64,000 bases of DNA from positions 28,724 to 92,723 of the forward strand of contig CAZADH010000001.1 of assembly GCA_964483805.1 (NCBI GenBank). Reading direction: 5' to 3'. How positions within the stretch are numbered: position 1 is the first letter of the stretch; the number at the start of each line of letters is the position of its first letter. This document shows positions 58,449 through 64,000 of this stretch, piece after piece. The notes beneath the pieces were generated by a model. That model was not told where the DNA came from. It worked only from the letters and a program-made list of their open reading frames with translations, and searched no databases. Source of the DNA: an uncultured bacterium. GTDB lineage: Bacteria > Muiribacteriota > Ozemobacteria > Ozemobacterales > Ozemobacteraceae. The position numbers were made by a program, and so were the translations under genes.

Positions 58449-60149
58449 TTAATGCGCAGGAGTCGTCGTCGTGTAGAGATTGCCGATCGGGCGCAAACGG
58501 GCAAACCACGTCCCTTGCCTGAAGAACGCAACCTCGAGAACGGCTCCGCCGGCCGGTGGCCGCGCTTGATCGAAGAGAAAATTACCCAGCGACCAGGCAC
58601 AATTGGCGCGGTTGAGCAGGTCGAAGCTGCTCGCGACGTGCGGGTGGCAGCCGATGATCAAGGTGAAGCCCTGGGTCTCGAGCCATGACGCGACCTCACG
58701 TTGGCGGGGCGTGGGGGTGCACTGCCACTCGCGCCCCCAGTGCACGAATGCGAACGCCGGTTTGCCTGCATGAGGGAGCGGCAGATCGGCGACCGCCGGA
58801 GCGGACAGCAGTTGCACGATGCGCGGGTCGTTGTTGTCGAGGTCGGTCAGGGCGGTCAGCGTGAACGACCCGAGATCGACGGTCTGGAGATTGCCGACAA
58901 CGGTGAAGCGATTGTCATGCAATGTGTTGCACATTTCTCGATACCGGCGTGCACCGAAATCCCGACCGTGGTTGTTGGCCGTGATGACCACGCGCGCACC
59001 CAGGGCCCGCAACCACGACTGCGCGAAGAGCGGATCCATGGCAAGTGGGATCGGGGTCCGCGTGGGGTCGTCGGGATTTGCGAAGACCCCCTCGAGGTTG
59101 ACCGCGAGCGTTGCCGAACCCACCAGGTCACGGGCCGCTCGCAACGTGGCCGGCCCATGGTGCGGATTGGCGAGACGCGGCACCATGAAGCGTCCGAAGA
59201 AGGTATCGCCGGCGAAAGCCCAGGTGGGCGCGAGACCGGGGCGGGGAAAGCCCGGAGAATAGACGGCGGCGATGTAGCTGGTCGAACTGGCAATCGGTTC
59301 GGGGGCGTACTCCTGCGAGTTGCGATTGTCGATCACCCACGGTCGGGCACCGAAACGCTCGCGTTGCAGGCGCATCTGCAAATACATGGCGCCGAGACAG
59401 TCGCAGTGCTGCGGTTGTGACAACGAGGCGACCCGGCGCTCGTCAGCGCCGGCCAATACCTGCAGTGAGTCCTGGTCGTGTCGACGGGCGTCGAACGGCG
59501 TGAGGAAATGCGAATAATCAGTGCTTTGCACGACCAGAGTCGTGCTCGACACGAGCGGGGCAAGATATGAATACAGTGTATTCCAGTCTTCGACTCGACT
59601 CTTGTTGGCGATGGCGATGGCCAGTATCGGGGTGTTGGGCAATATCCGGGCGCAGAATGGCACGAGCGCCTGCACGGCGTGTTCGTGCGAAAACAGGCCC
59701 GACGGAGAAACCAGCGGGCAACCACGCAGTTGAGCGACGTCGCTGCCGGCAACCGGCACCGGGCCGAAACAGGTATTCAGATCGCGGTCACACACCGAGA
59801 ATAGGGAGGTGCCTCGTGAGTAATGATCGGGGCCGATGATGACGATCTTGTCGTAACGTTTTCCGCGAATGGTTGTGAAAGCAGCGGCAATGAGGTCGAC
59901 GGCCAGTAGGTGGTGCGACACGACCAACCCGGTGACCGATTCGGCAAGCGGCGCCTGGGCAGCGGTCGCGACGGCCGGGTCAAACAACGACGCGTCGGCA
60001 TACATCGGGGCAATCGGCAAGACGCCGACGTCGGTGGCCAGAGGGGCGCTCACCACCGGCAGCGCCATGATGAACAACAGCGTCAGGGCTGCAACCGAGC
60101 GCGCGGAGCTCGCATGCGCGACCAACCCGACCGTGAGTGCGGTTTTCAT
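58449..60149 (-). CDS. Fusion protein: Memo-like (AmmeMemoRadiSam system protein B family) N-domain plus CapA/PGA-type metallophosphoesterase C-domain; secreted or membrane-anchored
   Basis: Memo-like segments IVIIGPDHY, SHEHAVQALVPF, VVQSTDYSHF. CapA-like segments AFAGDTFFGR, VVITANNHGRDFG, FVHWGREW, IIGCHPHV. Confidence 0.65.
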   Translation of the reverse strand: MKTALTVGLVAHASSARSVAALTLLFIMALPVVSAPLATDVGVLPIAPMYADASLFDPAVATAAQAPLAESVTGLVVSHHLLAVDLIAAAFTTIRGKRYDKIVIIGPDHYSRGTSLFSVCDRDLNTCFGPVPVAGSDVAQLRGCPLVSPSGLFSHEHAVQALVPFCARILPNTPILAIAIANKSRVEDWNTLYSYLAPLVSSTTLVVQSTDYSHFLTPFDARRHDQDSLQVLAGADERRVASLSQPQHCDCLGAMYLQMRLQRERFGARPWVIDNRNSQEYAPEPIASSTSYIAAVYSPGFPRPGLAPTWAFAGDTFFGRFMVPRLANPHHGPATLRAARDLVGSATLAVNLEGVFANPDDPTRTPIPLAMDPLFAQSWLRALGARVVITANNHGRDFGARRYREMCNTLHDNRFTVVGNLQTVDLGSFTLTALTDLDNNDPRIVQLLSAPAVADLPLPHAGKPAFAFVHWGREWQCTPTPRQREVASWLETQGFTLIIGCHPHVASSFDLLNRANCAWSLGNFLFDQARPPAGGAVLEVAFFRQGTWFARLRPIGNLYTTTTPAH

Positions 60150-60219
60150 GGCGGCTGTCCGCAGGCCGATGCGGAACAGGTGGTTCCGAGGCGACCCGGG
60201 GTGAACAAATACAAAATAC

Positions 60220-62658
60220 TTACTGCTCGTTGACCAGAGCCTTGTAGTAATCGGGTTTTGCTGGCAGTTCCGGGGGTTGCCCGTAGACTCGCTTCTGCCA
60301 GGCGGCATCGTCGAGGCGCCGGGCGAGCGGTTCGGTGAATTCGTAGTGGTTGTAAGTGATGCCGATGGCCAGGCGGGTCTGTTTTTCGTTGCCGATCAGT
60401 GCGAGGATCACGTAGGGCTCGGCGGTTGCTTGATACAGGACCTGCGCTTTGGCGATGTCGGTGTGAATGTCGGCCACGAGTCCCGAGCGGAAATCCTCAT
60501 CGCGGTGGAACACAACATCACCATAAGGTTTCGCCATGTATGACAGTTGCATGACGCGCAATTTCTCGTGCTCGTCTTCGCTCAGCGTCGTGCCGGCGAG
60601 TTCCTTCTCGGCCAGTGACGTCAGGAAGTCGATGTCGTTCTTGAAGCGGTTGATGGTGCCATACTCCTCGAGTTCCGAGGCCATCTCAGGGAATTGCTGC
60701 AGGCCGCTGTGAAAATACGCCAACAGGCGTTGCAGTTGATACCAGAAGGCGAGGTTGGGTTCGACAAAGCCGCGCGGTACCGGGGGAATCTTCTTCTCAT
60801 CGTCGCCGCCGCCGAATTCGGCGTAGTTCTGTTTGGCGTAGAGCAGAGTGTCGTGCTTCAGTTCGGCGTAAGAACCCAGCAGTTCCTGAATCTGCTGCAA
60901 CGGATAGAGTGGGCTCTGCATGTACTGCGGATAGCCCTTGCCGAAAGTGCGCGTCAGCGTGCCGAGGGTTTTCAACCACGCGCCCGCGACGCTGACGAAC
61001 CACTCGTCGTCCTTGACGCGGGAAATCGTTGCTTCGGCGCGCAACAAGAGATCGTGGAACTTCTTCTGATCGTCAGGATTCTGCGAAACCACGGTGCGGT
61101 AGAACTGTTCCGACAGATCGCGGGCCGTGCGACTGCCGAGTGCGGCAGCGACGAACAGCGCCGTGGGTGTCGATGGCAGGGTAAACTCGGTCTTCTCCTG
61201 GCCGGCGGTGAGCCGGCCGAGGGTGAGGGCATCGAAGGTGAAACGCTGGCCGAAGACGCGAAAACCTTTGGTCTTTGCGAGCATGTCGGCCTTGGTCATG
61301 CCGGGGACCGCGTCGTCGATGAACGCATCGCTGAGAATGCGCGGGGGCGCAAGTTCACCGAGACGGGCGGTGATCGCCTTGATGAACTTGTCGTCGACCG
61401 CTGCGGTGGGAGCGAGCTCGGCACGGCCTGCCACCGACGTGACGAAGTTCCGCCAGACCGGGTAACCGATGTCGTCGGCTGGGCCGGCGAAGAACCCGGT
61501 GACACTCATGATCCGGCGAAAGGTGTTGACCAGGGGTTGCCCGTTGCGATCGGGGTTGGCCATGAGCCAGGCGACGAGCAGGGCGTCGCGAACACCGTCG
61601 GTCGTCTCGAACAACCATGTATTGCGCCCGAAATACATCATAGTGCGAAAGTATGCACGTAGGTTTGATGACTTCGTGTAGTGGCTGCGCGGCGTGAACT
61701 GGGTGTAGTCGGCTGGCCGCGGTGGGCCGTCGACGTATTGACCAAACAACGGCGAGATCTCGAGTTTCTCGGCCGCGTAGATCAGGTCCAATTCCCGCTC
61801 GATCTGCTCAGCCGTAGGGGCGTCGAAATCGCGACGCCAGGTGTCGGCGAACAGTTTTTTGGCCGTGACGGCGGTGTCGGCATGGTCTTTTTCCTCGGCG
61901 GTCTGGGCGGCGCCTTCGGGATGCCGTGGATACGACGCCACCGAGTTCTCGAGCAGGATCAGCGGCACGGTGAACTGAGCGGCCACGAGTTGCAGTCGCC
62001 CGGCCAGTGGACCGGTGGCCTTGTTCTTCGCCTCGATCGCCCGTTGGCGCATCTCGCGGGTGAAATGGAGCAGGTCGTGGCGCAGCGAGGTCTTTTCGAG
62101 TTCTTCGATGGTGTTCTCGAGGTACTTGTGGAACGCATGCAGCACGATGGCCGGAGTGACAAGCCGGGTGTTTTCAGGAAGACGCTCGCAGGGCACAGGG
62201 TTGCCGGCAATCTCATCGAACATGCCGAGCATTTCGTCCCAGGGCAGCGCCGCGTATCCCGCAAACTGGACCTGGCCTTTGAAGCGGGTGGCGCTCTTGG
62301 GCACGAGCAGAAACTTGTGCTGGTTGAGAAAGGCTATTTGCTTCTTGTCGAGTTTGAGTTTCAGATAGTCGAGCACGGCGCGTTTGTTGACCGCGCGCTC
62401 GAGCGTGCGTGCCGTGTCGGCCACGTTGGGTTCGATCCGGGGTGTCTGGGTTCGCGGGAGCGCGCCGAAGCGAGGCACCTGGCCGTCCGGCAGCGGAATG
62501 GCATCGAGGCCCGCGAGCGCCGGCGCCGGTGCGGCGCCGTTGCTGGAATCGCCTTGTTGTTCGGTGATCCACGATTCAACGGCAAAGAGGGGGCCGGGCG
62601 CAGCAATGCCGGCGGTAACGATGATGGCGACGAGCAGGGGCGTAAGAAAGCGGCGCAT
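60220..62658 (-). CDS. Large secreted hypothetical protein (about 812 aa)
   Basis: Signal peptide. Possibly a DUF3160-type family (recalled from memory); no catalytic motifs recognised. Confidence 0.4.
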   Translation of the reverse strand: MRRFLTPLLVAIIVTAGIAAPGPLFAVESWITEQQGDSSNGAAPAPALAGLDAIPLPDGQVPRFGALPRTQTPRIEPNVADTARTLERAVNKRAVLDYLKLKLDKKQIAFLNQHKFLLVPKSATRFKGQVQFAGYAALPWDEMLGMFDEIAGNPVPCERLPENTRLVTPAIVLHAFHKYLENTIEELEKTSLRHDLLHFTREMRQRAIEAKNKATGPLAGRLQLVAAQFTVPLILLENSVASYPRHPEGAAQTAEEKDHADTAVTAKKLFADTWRRDFDAPTAEQIERELDLIYAAEKLEISPLFGQYVDGPPRPADYTQFTPRSHYTKSSNLRAYFRTMMYFGRNTWLFETTDGVRDALLVAWLMANPDRNGQPLVNTFRRIMSVTGFFAGPADDIGYPVWRNFVTSVAGRAELAPTAAVDDKFIKAITARLGELAPPRILSDAFIDDAVPGMTKADMLAKTKGFRVFGQRFTFDALTLGRLTAGQEKTEFTLPSTPTALFVAAALGSRTARDLSEQFYRTVVSQNPDDQKKFHDLLLRAEATISRVKDDEWFVSVAGAWLKTLGTLTRTFGKGYPQYMQSPLYPLQQIQELLGSYAELKHDTLLYAKQNYAEFGGGDDEKKIPPVPRGFVEPNLAFWYQLQRLLAYFHSGLQQFPEMASELEEYGTINRFKNDIDFLTSLAEKELAGTTLSEDEHEKLRVMQLSYMAKPYGDVVFHRDEDFRSGLVADIHTDIAKAQVLYQATAEPYVILALIGNEKQTRLAIGITYNHYEFTEPLARRLDDAAWQKRVYGQPPELPAKPDYYKALVNEQ

Positions 62659-62723
62659 GGACAATCCTTTTCTGAAGTGGTGTCGGCGAGTGACCGACAT
62701 ACAGTGTATTACGTCGCGGCCGG

Positions 62724-63368
62724 TCAGCGGATGGTGCGGTCTTCGATGAGGCGGGCGGAATCCTGGGCGGGCTCGCTGCGGGAGCGACTCAGTTCGGCGA
62801 ACACCTGGCGGCGCACGTCCTCGGGAATGCGGGTGTTGAGGATGGCGGCAATCTCGTGACTGTCCGCCTGCAAAGCGGTGCGGGCGCGGTCGAGTTGTTC
62901 GCGGATCTGGCGACTGGTGGTCTGCAACGACTCGTCGAGGCGGCTCTCGATCTGGTCCCAGCGCTCGGCCAGGGCTGAACTGAGCTTCTGGTTGAGCTGC
63001 ACGAGCTTGAAGATCAGGGTCGGTGCTTCGGCGCCGGTGGCTCCTTTGAACTCGGCCAGAACCTTGTCATGGTCCTGCCACGAGCTTTTCATGGCTTCGA
63101 GGTCGCGCTGCAATTGCTGCAACTGCTGGTCCTTTTCGGCGATCTGCGTATCATACAACCGTTGTTGTTGCTGCAATTGCTTGAAGCCCGACTCGGCCAG
63201 GGTCGTGGCGTGGCGCTCTTTTTCGTTCTTGAGGTCGGCGATCTGGCGCTCGTAGTCGGTCCGAACGCGGTCGAACTCCCGTTTGCGCCACCAGGCGTCG
63301 ACCTTGGCGCCGAGAACGAACAGCACGACCATGATGCCAAGAAAGAGGATCTGTTGCAGTGTTTCCAT
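62724..63368 (-). CDS. Membrane-anchored coiled-coil protein
   Basis: N-terminal transmembrane helix, then a heptad-like region rich in Gln, Leu and Glu. Confidence 0.45.
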   Translation of the reverse strand: METLQQILFLGIMVVLFVLGAKVDAWWRKREFDRVRTDYERQIADLKNEKERHATTLAESGFKQLQQQQRLYDTQIAEKDQQLQQLQRDLEAMKSSWQDHDKVLAEFKGATGAEAPTLIFKLVQLNQKLSSALAERWDQIESRLDESLQTTSRQIREQLDRARTALQADSHEIAAILNTRIPEDVRRQVFAELSRSRSEPAQDSARLIEDRTIR

Positions 63369-63435
63369 GGCTGTTGTCTACCCCTTGTCAGTCTTGCCGC
63401 GTGGGCGGATGCCGCCTGTCTTGCCGGTCGACGCA

Positions 63436-63476
63436 TTTATATATAAATATATGTGCATATATACATATATACATGG
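63436..63476. repeat. AT-rich alternating purine/pyrimidine simple repeat ((CATATATA)n-like)
   Basis: tttatatataaatatatgtgcatatatacatatatacat; about 27 nt of strict pyrimidine-purine alternation in otherwise GC-rich DNA. Confidence 0.6.
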
Positions 63477-63532
63477 GCGAATTGCGGTTGTCATGCCAGT
63501 CTGGCCGCGGGTGCCCTGCCGGCTGGCCTCGA

Positions 63533-63886
63533 TCAAGAGCGCACCAAAGTGTCGATCTTCGCGGCCATCAGAAAGTCGTTGTCATGCAGTCCCTTGATCT
63601 TGTGGGTCGTCAACTCAACCCGGCAGAACCCCCACCCCACGGTCAACGTCGGGTGATGCCCCTCCGCTTCTGCCAGTTCACCAATGCGGTTGGCCAGGGC
63701 GAGGGCCTCGCGAAAATTCGGGCACTTGAATCGGCGCGAGATCTGGGTTGCCGCCTCATCGAGTGTCCAGTCCGGCGCCAGTTCGGCCCGACGGGCAGAC
63801 GACTCGGCAGCAGTCAGCGCGGGTACTCCACCCTGACATGGGGTGCAGTGCCGGTTGTGCAGAGAGCAAGCGTCCATCGTCGCCAC
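63533..63886 (-). CDS. Pterin-4a-carbinolamine dehydratase (PCD/DCoH)
   Basis: Motifs CTPCQGG...EAEGHHPTLTVGW...THKIKGLHDNDFLMAAKID. Confidence 0.8.
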   Translation of the reverse strand: MATMDACSLHNRHCTPCQGGVPALTAAESSARRAELAPDWTLDEAATQISRRFKCPNFREALALANRIGELAEAEGHHPTLTVGWGFCRVELTTHKIKGLHDNDFLMAAKIDTLVRS

Positions 63887-64000
63887 CTCCCGATGTGGTT
63901 GCCGTTTCGAGCAACGACAGCATAGGCCGATGCCGAACGGTCGTCAAACTCTCGGCGCGGCTGGATCCGGCGGGGCGAACCGGGATCACTCATCCTTCGT

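Noticed and set aside
1-64000. CRISPR arrays, rRNA, integrons, IS elements with terminal inverted repeats
   Set aside because: No regularly spaced direct repeats, rRNA-like conserved stretches, or transposase genes other than the Rpn-family nuclease at 56506..57417 were seen.

Overview
The window is visibly GC-rich bacterial chromosomal DNA, roughly two-thirds G+C by eye. Most open reading frames are densely packed and non-overlapping. The high GC content also produces many long antisense ORFs that I treat as spurious.

Supported content, 5' to 3':
- 1..1227: the 3' end of a hybrid sensor histidine kinase.
- ~2560..4852 (minus strand): an operon of a GNAT-like protein, a thiolase and a DUF35 zinc-ribbon protein. 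The thiolase carries two in-frame stop codons.
- A secreted lipase, an ArnT/PMT-type glycosyltransferase (family GT39), two GNAT acetyltransferases and an ATP-cone/uridine-kinase fusion protein.
- 10777..17380 (plus strand): a five-gene cluster of a SPASM-domain radical-SAM enzyme, two B12-binding radical-SAM enzymes, a GT2 glycosyltransferase and a polyprenyl-phosphate sugar transferase. The sugar transferase is frameshifted.
- An MFS transporter and a ~1000-residue repeat adhesin.
- 23827..39483: three tandem paralogous lipoproteins of about 1720-1735 residues each (papain-like C1 peptidase + fibronectin type III repeats + one BNR/Asp-box + bacterial Ig-like domains + a C-terminal FGE/SUMF1-type domain).
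- 41381..47065 (minus strand): a five-gene operon of a ChrB-C-like protein, a J-domain pseudokinase, a vWA protein, a pyruvate-kinase-like barrel protein and a divergent adenylosuccinate-synthetase-like protein.
- A YiiX-like permuted papain, an SBBP-repeat beta-propeller, and an exonuclease-family protein translationally coupled to a VanX-like dipeptidase.
- An ArsR-family (SqrR/BigR-like) regulator upstream of a CoA-disulfide-reductase/rhodanese/TusA/DsrE fusion, an Rpn PD-(D/E)XK nuclease, a Memo-CapA fusion and a pterin-4a-carbinolamine dehydratase.

No tRNA, rRNA or CRISPR array was found.

The most striking feature not explained by genes is a short AT-rich motif, core AATACA/TGTATT, extended form [G/T][C/A]AATACANNG. 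It recurs at least ~39 times on both strands, mostly inside coding regions, where it forces rare AT-rich codons. It sometimes occurs as perfect dyads.
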